A stretch of 31,582 nt of DNA, from contig JAFVUY010000119.1 in assembly GCA_017502465.1 (NCBI GenBank), positions 1-31,582 on the forward strand, written 5' to 3'. Each line of letters starts with the position of its first letter. The first letter of the stretch is position 1. This DNA comes from Bacilli bacterium. Lineage in GTDB: Bacteria; Bacillota_I; Bacilli_A; RFN20; CAG-826. Below are positions 1 through 9,743 of this stretch, one piece after another. The notes under the pieces are model-generated. The model ran no database searches, was not told where the DNA came from, and saw only the letters and a program-made list of their open reading frames with translations. The translations under genes were made by a program, and so were the position numbers.

Positions 1-966
1 TATGTAGAAAAAATTAATGTATATAATATTCCTCAGCATTCTCGTTATAAAGAAATATATTATGATTATTTTAATATTTCTAATTCTACAATTAGCTTAA
101 AAGATGAATATAAAGGTACTTTAAAGGGAAAAATTATTTTACCTTCTAAAGATAAAAATAATAATTATATTTATACGATAGGCGATTTTAGAGAAGGGGG
201 AGAAGGAGGAATTACTCATATTTATTTCTCTTCAGACGCTCAGTATACGACTATTGGAAAACACGCTTTCAGTGGTAATTTCAATGATGAAGGAACTTCT
301 GATGGATTTTTTAATCCAAAAATTAAGAAAATTAAATTACCTTCTACTATTACAACTATAACTGAATATGCTTTTTTCCACAATAATACTATAGAAGATA
401 TTAATTGGTCTAATTTAACTTCTTTAAAAATTATTGGAAGATAGGCATTTGGAGGATCTGGTAGCAGTAGCGGTAATAGAAGATGTTCAATCGACATCAA
501 TGGTTTACCCGAATCTTTAATAAAAATTGGCGAAAGTGCTTTTTGGAGAGCCTCTGATACAGTTAATATTACTAATATGCCAGCTTCAATGATAGAAATA
601 GGCGGTAGTGCCTTTGCTTTTGCTTCTAATGTCGCTATTACTGAATTTGGTTCTCGAAATAATAATATTTAGATGACAATTGGAAATCAAGCATTTTTTG
701 ATGCAGGTGAAAATATATCTTCTATTTCAGAAACTTTAATTTTAAATGAATCAGTTATTAAAGTAGAAGATAGTGCTTTTGCAAGCGGTGTTAATAGTAA
801 TATTTATGATAATATTAAAACTGTCTATTTGAGATATGGGGCTGAAAATTATAATGATCGAATGTTTGCGAATGAGGATGAGCCTAAATCAGCTTTCGTT
901 AATTACATTGGTTTGACAAATGTTGAAAATATTATTGATGAATAGGAAGGAGATATTGAACCATAA
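1..966 (+). CDS. BspA-type leucine-rich-repeat (TpLRR-like) surface/fibre protein, 5' partial, read through 3 in-frame TAG codons (442-444, 670-672, 943-945)
   Basis: Frame 1 is open from base 1 to TAA at 964-966 apart from the three TAGs. About 23-residue repeats carry the I-G-x-x-A-F core (IGKHAF, ITEYAF, IGR-TAG-AFGG, IGESAF, IGGSAF, IGNQAF, VEDSAF), typical of BspA/TpLRR repeats. ORF-track fragment 673..945 is part of this gene. Confidence 0.6.
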
Positions 967-1175
967 TGACACAAAAGAAAAAATTTAAATATATTGGTCT
1001 AAATGGAACTATTTTTTCTCCAGTTTTAATTCCAAAAGCTGATAAAACAGAATTTATTGAGTTAAAAGCAGATGAGGGAAAAATTCTTACTAATGGTTCT
1101 GTTTAGAAAAAGATTGTTTTGGTTTTACCAGAAAATGTTTCTAAATGGTCTGAGATTGCGGACGAATTAGAATAA
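966..1175 (+). CDS. small hypothetical protein (69 codons, 1 in-frame TAG), start overlaps upstream stop (TAATG)
   Basis: ATG at 966 in the TAATG overlap. The frame is open to TAA at 1173-1175 with one TAG at about 1104. A hairpin plus T-run follows. Confidence 0.35.
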
Positions 1176-1198
1176 TAAAATATAATAAAAATTTAAAA

Positions 1199-1250
1199 TA
1201 AAGGAGGAGAAGAGTATTTTTCTCTTCCTTTATTTTTTTAAATTGCAGAC
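1199..1250 (+). terminator. rho-independent terminator (imperfect hairpin aaggaggagaagag / ctcttcctt, then T-run)
   Basis: Inverted repeat followed by tatttttttaaa immediately after the stop of the small CDS. Confidence 0.45.
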
Positions 1251-3165
1251 AAGAAAGGATGGCTTTTTAAATATGATTACTCAAGATAATTTAAGTACTC
1301 GTGATGGTTTATATGCGAGAGCCAATGGTGTTCTATTGAATTCTGCTGTTGAAATAACAGATGCTTATGGTAATACTGGTACTGTTAAATCATTGGCAGA
1401 AAAAAGAGGATTTAATATTGGTAGCACTGAGGAAGAAAAAAAGGCAACTCATATTGATAACATTAATACTTATTTTAAATATTTAGATATTTTAGCAGCT
1501 TATGAAAATGTAGAACTAGGTAAGCTTTCTTTAGGGCAAGAGGTAGATCCAATCTCTTTTAGCTATTGGGAAAAAACCGTTAATAATGATGGAGTTATTA
1601 CTGAGGTAATAAAGAATGGTGAAGAAGAATTTTAGCCTATTTTTACTATGCTTCCCGCAGATGAACCTCGTTTTAAAGTAAATTTAAACACTAGAAGAAT
1701 TGAAATTCCTTCTGGGTTTATTGGTCAATAGGTTCAAAATGATAATTATGCAGAAACTATTTGGTTTGAAGTTGATAGATATTTTGATGCTACAGATTTA
1801 TATGCAACAGATATTTCTATTCAATGGGAAAATGGGAGAGATAAGGGTGTAACTCAAGCTTTTAATCCTATGGCTAATTTAAATATTCATTAGATTTATG
1901 GAAAAATTGTTTTTGGTTGGCCTTTAACCTCTAATATTACCAAAAATAGTGGTAATGTAAGATTTACTATTCGTTTCTATAAAGAAAGTGAAAGTACTGG
2001 AGAATGTGTTTACAATTTAACTACATTACCAATGAATTTAAAAATTAATGATGGTTTAGTAATTGAAGGTATAATGCCCACAGATGCTCATAAAGGTTTT
2101 TATGATAATTTAAAAGTAAAATCTTTCTATACTATTGTTCCTGCTGCTATGCCAGCATTAGCAGAACTTATTGCGGATGGCAAGAGTACTTCTGTAAGAG
2201 AAGGAGATTTAGAAAATGGATAGTTAAATCTTTTAGCCAGAGGCGATTTTAATGCTAGTGATAATGGCGGAAAAGGTACTTTGTCCTATGAATGGATTCG
2301 CTATATTGAAGATTCTGATGGTGATATTATTTTAGATCCTAGTTTTAAAGGAGAGGGGGTTCCTTTCTCTCATAGCAATGGAAATGAATATAATAAATTT
2401 ACCGCCAATGCTGCAGGAGCTTATGGAGTAAAAATTAGAAATTATTACGGTGGAGATACAAAATATTTTATTCCTTCTTATTATAAATTAAGTAATGGAG
2501 TTTAGGTTTATAATAGTGAGGAATTGTTTAAGATTCCTTATGCTTCTACCCCTATTTTTAAGAATGTTAATGAAAATAATTTAGAAGTATCTGTTAATGA
2601 CACTAAAGTTATTTCTTTTACTTTAGATAATGAAAAAAATTCTACTTATCAATGGCAGTATAGTAGTGATAATAGCAACTATAATGACATTGATGGTGCA
2701 AATACAACAAGTTTAACTTTTAATAGAACTACAGGGTTTAATGAAGGCTGGTATAAACTTTATGCAACTAATAATAGAAATGATAATAGTAAGAGCGCTT
2801 TAAGTGATTAGGCTTATATTGTTACTTATCCAGCTTAGCCTTATATGATTCAAAGCTTTACTGTAAATAATAAAAATATTAATGCAGGAAATGGTGTTAC
2901 TCTTATTGAATGTGCTGAAAATGAAAGTACAAGCATTACACCAAATCTCTCTGCCAACCCAAATAATATAAAAAGTTTAACCAGTTATTCAATAAAATGG
3001 TATCGTAATGATGTAGAAGTTACTAATGTAAATGGAAATACTTTAATTATAGATGATAGTGAACAAAATGGTGATGAACAAGATGGTCAATACATTTGTA
3101 GAGTAACCACTGTTTATAATGGCAATGAAACTTCTGAAGACTTTATTGTTATGATATATTTTTAA
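1243..3165 (+). CDS. large virion/fibre-like protein with C-terminal Ig-like domains, about 640 codons read through 8 in-frame TAG
   Basis: ORF-track pieces 1243..1635, 2032..2223, 2281..2505, 2524..2811 and 2845..3165 are all in frame 1 and separated only by TAG (1633, 1729, 1891, 2221, 2503, 2809, 2836). There is no TAA/TGA until TAA at 3163-3165, which is followed by AAAAGGAG. The C-terminal segments look like Ig/I-set domains (WYRNDVEV...GQYICRVTT; GWYKLYATN). ATG at 1273 with GGA upstream is an alternative start. Confidence 0.6.
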
Positions 3166-3190
3166 TATTAAATAAAAGGAGTAATGTTTT

Positions 3191-4030
3191 ATGATAACTT
3201 CACATCATGATTATAAAGCATAGCTTTATTAGTTAAATAATCCAAATCATAAGTTACAAATAACAAAACTTCCTTTAGATGAACCTTTTTATAAAATAGA
3301 TTTAAACAAAAGAACTATTTAGACTCCTGAATTTTTAAGTGTAAATTTAGACCATAATGCAGAAACAGTATTTTTTGAAGTAAATCGTTATTTTGATAAT
3401 ATTGATTTAGCGGATATGACTTGTATAATTAGTTTTACAAATGCAAATCCAAATAAAAAAGAAAATGGTTTTATTTACGCTCCACCTTTTTTAGATATTG
3501 TTACTAACCCAGGGAAAATTATTATTCCCTGGGTTATTGAAGGTCCTGCAACTTTATACCCAGGTATAATAACTTTTGCTATTCAATTTTATCATTTATC
3601 AAAAACATATAATGGAAAGACTGTTGAACAATATGAATAGTTTTATGGAGAAGGTAATCTTCCAGAATATATACGAGTAGGATAGGTTAGTCAAGACACC
3701 TTTAATTCTAAGTATCATTATTTAAGAAATGAAAAATCTGAATGTTATTATGATTCAGTTTATAATGAAGACAATATTTACTATGTAAGAAAATCTTAGG
3801 AAGAAATTAATGCTCTTGAAATTGGATATTATTATGATTATAATTTAAATACTTTACCTGTAAAAAGTAAAATTTTACATGGTATGGATGAAATTCGTAA
3901 TTTAGATAATACAAATTATAACTATGAAGTTGATACTTTGAAGGAAATTTGGGATGCCATCAACGAGATAAGAAATAGTTATGAAGATAAAAATATTTTG
4001 TATTGGATCATCCCAGAAGATGAAGAATAA
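3191..4030 (+). CDS. hypothetical fibre-associated protein (279 codons, 6 in-frame TAG), N-terminal domain paralogous to residues encoded at 1636-2031
   Basis: AAAAGGAG RBS, then ATG at 3191 (the first ATG at 3184 hits TGA at once). Frame is open to TAA TAA at 4028-4033 apart from TAGs. The segment DEPFYKIDLNKRTI-TAG-TPEFLSVNLDHNAETVFFEVNRYFDNIDL mirrors DEPRFKVNLNTRRIEIPSGFIGQ-TAG-VQNDNYAETIWFEVDRYFDATDL in the upstream gene. ORF-track 3416..3640 is a fragment. Confidence 0.5.
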
Positions 4031-4046
4031 TAAATGAGGTATTAGT

Positions 4047-4436
4047 ATGGAATGGCTTGATTTATTAAATGACATTTTTAGACTTTGTATTGTTCCTCTT
4101 TTGGCTGTTTTAACTACTTATCTAGTTAACTACATTAAAGCCAAAAGTAATGAACTTGTACAAGGCAATGAAAGTATGCTTGAAGCAAAATATATGACTA
4201 TGCTTGCGGAAACAATTACTGATTGCGTGCTTGCCACAAATCAAACTTATGTTGAAGCATTAAAAGATAAGAATGCTTTTGATGAAGAGGCATAGAAAGA
4301 AGCTTTCAGACAAACATATGAAGCAGTTCTCGCTGTATTAAGCGATGACGCAAAAGAATATTTAACTAATGCTTATGGAGATTTAACTATTTATTTAACT
4401 CAAAAAATTGAAGCAGAAGTTAATATTAATAAATGA
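4047..4436 (+). CDS. holin, Holin_LLH-like (N-terminal TM helix then charged helical tail), 1 in-frame TAG
   Basis: RBS TGAGGT precedes the ATG. N-terminal hydrophobic helix IFRLCIVPLLAVLTTYLV. The pattern QTYVEALKDKNAFDEEA-TAG-KEAFRQTYEAVLAVLSDDAKEYL...IEAEV resembles Lactobacillus phage LL-H-type holins. Ends at TGA 4434-4436 followed by a perfect terminator. Confidence 0.55.
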
Positions 4437-4446
4437 TAAAACAAAA

Positions 4447-4495
4447 ATGGGAGACACCTATATTTTTAGGTGTCTCCCATTTTTTTATTTTGCCC
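4447..4495 (+). terminator. rho-independent terminator (gggagacacc / ggtgtctccc stem, then T7)
   Basis: A 10-bp perfect inverted repeat with a 9-nt loop, followed by ttttttt. Confidence 0.75.
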
Positions 4496-4605
4496 TAGAA
4501 AAATTTTGGAAAATTTTTGGACATTCGCTGTAAATTTATTCCCAGTATTTTTCATATAATGGCGGAAGGGTTGGAAAAAATTTTACAGAAAGGAAACGTG
4601 CGCGT

Positions 4606-5007
4606 ATGTATAATCAACAAATGCCATATGGCTATTATCCGCAACCACAAAACTCTTATAGTCGTCAGCCCGCATCTACATCCTCTCAGATGATGCTAAA
4701 AGGACGTCCAGTATCATCAGTAGATGAAGTTAGAGCGACTGTAGTAGATTTTGATGGTTCAGTATTTTATTTTCCTGATATCGCAAACAAAAGAATCTAT
4801 ACAAAGTAGATTGGTTTAGATGGTTCTGCTATTTTATGTATGTATGAATTAAAAGAACTTCCTCCGGCAGAAACACCAATGATACCATCTAATTTTGTAA
4901 CAAGAGAAGAATTTGAAAGCGTTATTAATCAACTTAGGCAGGTAATGATGGCTCCACCTCAACCGGAACCTGTTCAAGAAAAACCTGCTCTAAATTTAAA
5001 TTTCTAA
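4606..5007 (+). CDS. hypothetical protein with Q/P/Y-rich N-terminus and conserved C-terminal domain (133 codons, 1 TAG)
   Basis: ORF 4606..4809 continues in frame past TAG (4807-4809) to TAA at 5005-5007. The N-terminus MYNQQMPYGYYPQPQNSYSRQP is Gln/Pro/Tyr-rich, and the layout is loosely reminiscent of spore-coat GerQ. Followed by AAAAAGGAGG. Confidence 0.4.
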
Positions 5008-5025
5008 AAAAGGAGGCAAAAATAT

Positions 5026-5268
5026 ATGATGCAAGTAAATCCTATGCAATTAATCTAGGCGATTAAAAGCGGACAGAACCCTCAGCAATTAATGCTAAGT
5101 ATTTTAGAAGGTCAAATGTCCAACACTCCCATGGGAGCAAATTTGTTAAATCTAGCAAGAAATGGAAATAGTAGAGAGATAGAACAAATTGCTCGCAATA
5201 TCTCTAAATAGCGAGGCATTGATTTTGATAAAGAATTTGCCGCCTTTCGTCAATAGTTGGGGGTTTGA
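5026..5268 (+). CDS. hypothetical small Gln-rich protein (80 codons, 3 in-frame TAG)
   Basis: AAAAAGGAGG RBS, then ATGATG at 5026. Frame is open to TGA at 5266-5268 apart from TAGs. Confidence 0.4.
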
Positions 5269-5290
5269 TAATTATTGGAGGTAAAAAATT

Positions 5291-6118
5291 ATGTTTAACA
5301 ATTCTAATGGCTATTCTTTATCTGATATCGCCGCAGTCACTGGCAACCGTTCTGGAGGAAATGGTTGGGGAGATGGCGACGGCTGGTGGATTATCCTGCT
5401 CTTCCTCTTTGCTCTTGGTGGATGGGGAAATTATGGCAACGGCTTTGGTGGCGGCGGTGGTTCTACTACTCGTGAAGAAATTGCTTACGGATTTGACATG
5501 AACGGCCTATCCAATGGCGTTCGTGGAATCCAATAGGGCTTATGTGATGGTTTCTATGCTATGAATACTGGTATGCTGAATGGCTTCGCAGGTGTTCAAA
5601 GTACATTATGCCAAGGCTTCTCTGGTGTAAATACTGCTATTTCTGACTTAGGTTATTCAACTGCAAATGCTATTAATGCTAGCACCGTAGCAGATATGTA
5701 GAACACTAATGTTATTACTGGTCAGTTAGCTGCAATGGCTGCTGATAATGCTGCTTGTTGCTGCGAAACTCAGCGTGCTATTGAACGTGGCTTCGCTGAT
5801 ACTAATTATAATCTGGCAACCCAGTCTTGCGATACTCGTCGTGCGATTGCCGATAGTACTCGCGATATTATTGATAGCAACAATGCTGGTGTTCGTTCTA
5901 TCCTAGACTTCTTAACTCAGGATAAGATTGCTTCTCTGCAAGCAGAAAACCAGACTTTAAAATTTGCTGCTTCTCAGCAAGCACAAAATAGTTACTTAGT
6001 AAGTCAGTTGCGCGAACCTTGCCCAATTCCTGCTTACTTTGTTCCAAATCCCAACTGCTGCTATGATGCCAGAGTGGTATATGGCAACAGTTGCTGCGGA
6101 AGTAATTATAACTTCTAA
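5291..6118 (+). CDS. Gly-rich, single-pass membrane, Cys-rich protein (275 codons, 2 in-frame TAG)
   Basis: ORFs 5291..5536 and 5735..6118 share a frame and are bridged only by TAGs. A GGAGG RBS is present. Gly-rich segments flank a hydrophobic helix (WWIILLFLFALGGW). The C-terminus is Cys-rich (AACCCE, NCCYDARVVYGNSCCGSNYNF). Confidence 0.5.
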
Positions 6119-6143
6119 TTGATGTAATGGAGGTTCATAAGAT

Positions 6144-6563
6144 ATGGAAATTACTGCTAATGCTTTATAGACAGTTAATGAAAATCAAAATGTACTATTT
6201 ACCGACACAGTTATTTGCGGAAGTTGCTCCATGATGCACAGAGACGGCAGTGGTCTGATTACTGTAAAAGGTATTACAGACCAGTGCCGCGCACGCTTCA
6301 AAGTAACCTTCGGCGGCAATATTGCCATTCCCGCAGGTGGCACCGTAGAAGCGATTTCACTTGCTATCTCATTAGATGGTGAGGCTATTGGAACAACTAC
6401 AATGATTGTAACTCCTGCCGCAGTAGAAGAATTTTGGAACGTATTCAGTGCTATCTTTATTGAAATTCCACGCGGTTGTTGCGCTTCTGTTGGAGTTCGT
6501 AATATCAGCACTCAGCCAATAGATGTTCAAAATGCTAATTTGATTGTAGAACGAGTAGCATAA
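6144..6563 (+). CDS. BclA C-terminal-domain-like (C1q/TNF-like jelly-roll) protein, 139 codons, 1 TAG
   Basis: GGAGGT RBS, then ATG at 6144. TAG at codon 9, then the ORF-track 6231..6563 segment. The C-terminus ...NANLIVERVA and the beta-rich, G/T/A/I-rich pattern closely resemble the C-terminal domain of Bacillus exosporium BclA (...SASIIIEKVA). Confidence 0.5.
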
Positions 6564-6576
6564 GGAGGTTTAAAGT

Positions 6577-7314
6577 ATGAGTAAAGATATGATTAAATCA
6601 ATGAAACAAACCTTAATGTGTTGCGCTCAAGGTCAAATGGGACATCTTGAAAGCGTTGATGCTAAGGAACTTGGCGAAGTAATTGATATGATTAAAGACC
6701 TTGAAGAAGCAATGTATTATTGTGTAATCGTTGAAGCGATGGAAAAAGGTGAGCAAGAAGGATAGTCTCGTTACTACCACGATCCTTATATGTATAAAGA
6801 TTGGGATCATGGTCGTATGTTCTATCCTATGAGTATCAATTATTATAGTGAAAGTGGTAAATATAATCCAGAATAGGGTGATATGAAACATTACTTCACT
6901 GAAAACGAAATGAGATATAATAATGGAACTATGTATAATGATGGAACCATGTACAGCAGAGGCCGTATGTATGCTTCCGGTGGAAATGGAGGCTCTGGCG
7001 GCGGCAGTGGTGGCAGTGGAAATGGCAATGGCTCTTCTGGAAGTCGTTATTTTCACGAATACGAAATGCCATATGATATGATGATGCGTGACCATCGTGA
7101 AGGTCAAAGCCCTATGAGTCGCCGCAGATATATGGAAGCCAAAGAAATGAAGCAGGATAAAAATACTCAATTACAGGAATTAGAAAAATATATGAAAGAA
7201 CTTTCTCATGATGTAGTTGAAATGATTGAAGATGCTTCTGCGGAAGAAAAGAAATACTTGGCAAACAAGATTTCTGCTTTGGCAACCAAGGTATCTAAAT
7301 TAGAAAATGATTAA
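6577..7314 (+). CDS. low-complexity protein (M/Y-rich repeats, GGNGGSGGGSGGSGNGNG tract, C-terminal coiled coil), 245 codons, 2 TAG
   Basis: AAGGAGG RBS. ORFs 6577..6765 and 6883..7314 share a frame and are bridged by TAG at 6763 and 6874. Repeats NGTMYNDGTMYSRGRMYASG. Ends at TAA 7312-7314, overlapping the next ATG. Confidence 0.45.
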
Positions 7315-7621
7315 TATCAATGGTGAAGATTGGAGAATCCTTTTGGCTTCTCCTCTTCATCCTTTATTATGTATGCCTAATGGCGACTATGCGATAGGGG
7401 CTTGCGATGACCCGTCAAAAACAATAGTTATAAATGAAGAACTTAATAACTATTATAGAAAAAAAGTGTTATGCCACGAATTAACTCATGCCGCAATGTT
7501 TAGTTATAATGTAGATTTAACATATGACCAAGAAGAGTTGGTAGCTGACTTGGTCGCAACATATGGGCAAGAAATAATTGGCATGACTAATTTAATATTC
7601 AAAAGATTAAAAGATAAATAA
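7307..7621 (+). CDS. small HExxH zinc-metallopeptidase-like protein (ImmA/IrrE-like fold suspected)
   Basis: 104 aa with the motif KTIVINEELNNYYRKKVLCHELTHAAMF. Translationally coupled to the upstream gene (ATGATTAA overlap). Ends at TAA 7619-7621. Confidence 0.5.
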   Translation: MININGEDWRILLASPLHPLLCMPNGDYAIGACDDPSKTIVINEELNNYYRKKVLCHELTHAAMFSYNVDLTYDQEELVADLVATYGQEIIGMTNLIFKRLKDK

Positions 7622-7655
7622 AAAATCGGGAAAGTATAATACTTTCCCGATTAAA
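7622..7655. terminator. bidirectional rho-independent terminator between convergent gene blocks
   Basis: Hairpin atcgggaaagtat-aat-actttcccgat with A-run upstream and T-rich sequence downstream. It sits between the + gene ending at 7621 and the - gene ending at 7658. Confidence 0.7.
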
Positions 7656-7657
7656 TT

Positions 7658-8107
7658 TTATTCTGAATTTCTTATTGGAAGGACAACAGTTTTATCGTAA
7701 TATTCCTTTGCTTGTCCATTTCCTCCAAGACCCTCATACAATTTATAAAATTCAGTTAGCTAATCATACTAATCCTGAGTCATGTATCCTTGTTTTAAAT
7801 AGATTTTACATAATTGAATTAATCTAAATCTATAAGAAGCAATAATTAAATTCATCTAATGTTTTTCTTTCAAATCAACATTTCTAATATAACTTCTTAA
7901 TTCTTCAATATCATTTACTATTGGAGTAATTTGTTTTTCAATTTCTTCATCAATAGTTTCTTGTAAAGCAACCTAATCTCTTTCTTCAAGAAGTGCTTGG
8001 TACGCTTTCATCTATTTCCAAGTCCAACGACAAAATGCTAATGCACCTGCTGTTGTTAGACTAAGTAATACAGAACTCCAATTATTAGCGATAAATTCTG
8101 CTAGCAT
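7658..8107 (-). CDS. membrane-anchored small protein (N-terminal TM helix; possible holin/antiholin-like), 149 codons, 5 in-frame TAG
   Basis: RBS AAGGGGAA then ATG at 8107. The single frame is open to TAA (7660-7658) apart from five TAGs. N-terminus MLAEFIANNWSSVLLSLTTAGALAFCRW. No ORF over 60 aa was reported here, because of the TAGs. Confidence 0.45.
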
Positions 8108-8175
8108 TGGTTGATTCCCCTTTCTTTTGAAACCTTCTAACTTTTATGAAAACAAGAAAGGGAAAATTAAAAAAA

Positions 8176-8215
8176 CTCGGCCTTTATCAATCCCAGATAA
8201 AGGCCGAGTTTTTTT
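8176..8215 (-). terminator. rho-independent terminator hairpin (ctcggccttta / taaaggccgag) overlapping the 3' end of the resolvase gene
   Basis: An 11-bp perfect inverted repeat flanked by A6 and T7, so it is functional in either direction. Confidence 0.6.
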
Positions 8216-8672
8216 CGTTTATCACAGAAGTTCCAATGCAAATAGCATCACATATATCTTCTGGTAATCTTAAACCATATTTTCCTACAACATAGCTCTA
8301 AGCATTTTTCTTCTAAGTGGCGCGGTCGGCACCTTTAATACTTAAACTTGATTTCCAAGTATTAGAAGAAACAATCTAATATTTAATTTTATTTCTTGTA
8401 AAATATTCTTCAAGTACTCCACGTACTTCTGCAAGTGCTCTATAGACTTTTACATTCTAAATATCTTTTCCTTGTAATTGAATATCTTCAATCGCAATTT
8501 CATTGATATCATATTCATCAATTAAGGTTGCTACTTTATTAACGATTTTAACTAAACGAGTTCCAAAATCATCATCGGTAAAAGTAAAAGCACCCCAATT
8601 AATTAATTTGCCATTATCAAAAACAGCATATCCAGTAGTTCTTGATGCCTAATCTAATGCGAGTAATCTCAT
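8187..8672 (-). CDS. ruvC: RuvC-like Holliday-junction resolvase, 161 codons, 5 in-frame TAG
   Basis: The N-terminus MRLLALD-TAG-ASRTTGYAVFDNGKLINWG matches the RuvC catalytic motif I (ILGIDPGSRVTGYGV). ATG overlaps the dut stop (ATGA-type coupling). Ends at TGA 8189-8187. The ORF finder missed it because of the TAGs. Confidence 0.6.
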
Positions 8673-9238
8673 TAATTAGTAGAACCAAAACCGCCTTGGC
8701 GGACTCCTTCTGCGGCATCATTTTCAACTAATTCGTAGGTTTTTAGAATACCTTGACCGATTCTATCACCTTTACGCAGTTGAATGGGGAAAGGAGATAA
8801 ATTAATCATCTGGAAAAAGATTTCTCCTTCATTGTCTGGATTGTTATAATAATCGGCATCAATAATACCAATAGAATTAGCCATGATTAGCCAATGCTTC
8901 AAAGGAGTAGAACTACGAACAGAAAGTTCAAGATACATATCCTTAGGCAAGAAGCATTTTACACCAGTAGAAACAAGCGTAGGTTTAATACCACTTTTTT
9001 TAGTAATATTTTTTATTTCATCTAGGGTAAAAGTACCACAAACAGGAGTCTAATACATATTACTAAAACTTTTCATATCTTGCCAATAAGAAGGGACATA
9101 TGTATCTTCTGCTACTATAAAATCATAACCTGCGGAGGCAGCAGTCCCACGAGTGGGTAATAACATTTTTTCTTCTTTAATAAAACGAGTTACTGCCTCA
9201 AAACGAGGGGCATTAGAATTAATTTTAAAAATATTCAT
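8672..9238 (-). CDS. dut: dUTP diphosphatase (dUTPase), 188 codons with 1 in-frame TAG
   Basis: ORFs 9050..9238 and 8672..8950 share a frame and are joined across TAG (9049-9047). dUTPase motifs are present: PTRGTAASAGYD (I), PKDMYLELSVRSS (II), GIIDADYY (III), RIGQ (IV), RQGGFGSTN (V). Confidence 0.8.
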
Positions 9239-9240
9239 AA

Positions 9241-9483
9241 TTATTCTACCTCATACATAATATTTACTTGAACTTCTGGATACTTTTCATCGGCGAATAC
9301 TTTCTTTGCCTGAACTAAACAATATTCATCTACAACTTCCTTCTTTTCTTTAATTTGCTTTGTTTTATAGTTAAAACTTACAAGTTCAAAGTTAGGGTCA
9401 TCTTTTAATTCAGCATGAAGTTGTTCTACCTCTGTTACGGTTCCTACTCTATAAGTATCAACACTACTAATTAAATATTTCAT
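9241..9483 (-). CDS. hypothetical protein (80 aa)
   Basis: Intact ORF, stop/start overlaps with its neighbours, no TAG. Confidence 0.45.
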   Translation of the reverse strand: MKYLISSVDTYRVGTVTEVEQLHAELKDDPNFELVSFNYKTKQIKEKKEVVDEYCLVQAKKVFADEKYPEVQVNIMYEVE

Positions 9484-9743
9484 TCTATTACCTCAATTTT
9501 AATATTGTTTAAAGCATATACAGTTGATTCCGCACTTTTAATTCCTTCAATAATTTTATCAAGATAGCCTGCTGGACCACTTAATTTAACATTATAAACT
9601 TCTGTGCCATAACATAACCCAGCAATTGCTTCATCTACTAAATTAGTAGGAATATTAGAAATTGGAGTTGTAATTCCATTTTCTTCTAAATAAATAGTTT
9701 GATTTAGAGTTCCTAAATTAACATCACAGTAAATTACTGACAT
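9480..9743 (-). CDS. hypothetical protein (87 aa)
   Basis: Intact ORF with an ATGA overlap onto the downstream gene, no TAG. Confidence 0.45.
   Translation of the reverse strand: MSVIYCDVNLGTLNQTIYLEENGITTPISNIPTNLVDEAIAGLCYGTEVYNVKLSGPAGYLDKIIEGIKSAESTVYALNNIKIEVIE

Noticed and set aside
240-500. Antisense and embedded ORFs (240..500-, 6185..6511-, 6613..7170-, 12220..12465+, 12869..13057+, 13555..13770+, 14077..14403+, 15164..15346-, 16005..16214+, 17978..18298+, 19191..19517+, 20218..20406+, 21524..21814+, 24079..24276+, 24717..24914+, 25545..25730-, 26020..26262+, 26473..26892+, 26855..27265+, 26950..27222-, 27598..27981+, 28006..28308+, 28700..28891+, 28888..29241+, 29223..29609+, 30249..30431-)
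   Set aside because: Each lies opposite or inside a longer gene with recognisable domains. They have low-complexity AT-rich translations and no RBS, so they are spurious frames.
2032-2811. ORF-track entries 2032..2223, 2281..2505, 2524..2811 (and 1243..1635, 2845..3165) as separate small genes
   Set aside because: All share frame 1 and are separated only by TAG codons, with continuous Ig-like domain sequence. They are merged into one gene, 1243..3165.
4500-4605. Sigma-70-type promoter upstream of the 4606 gene (TATAAT at 4555-4560)
   Set aside because: No acceptable -35 at 16-18 nt spacing (TTGGAC is 32 nt away). It may be a late promoter of a different class. Not called.
5265-5501. Overlapping ORF 5265..5501 (+), alternative frame
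   Set aside because: It lies inside the better-supported 5291..6118 frame, which has an RBS and a conserved Gly-rich/TM organisation.
6231-6563. 6231..6563 as an independent 110-aa ORF starting at an internal Met
   Set aside because: An upstream ATG at 6144 with a GGAGGT RBS is in frame through one TAG. The internal Met has no RBS.
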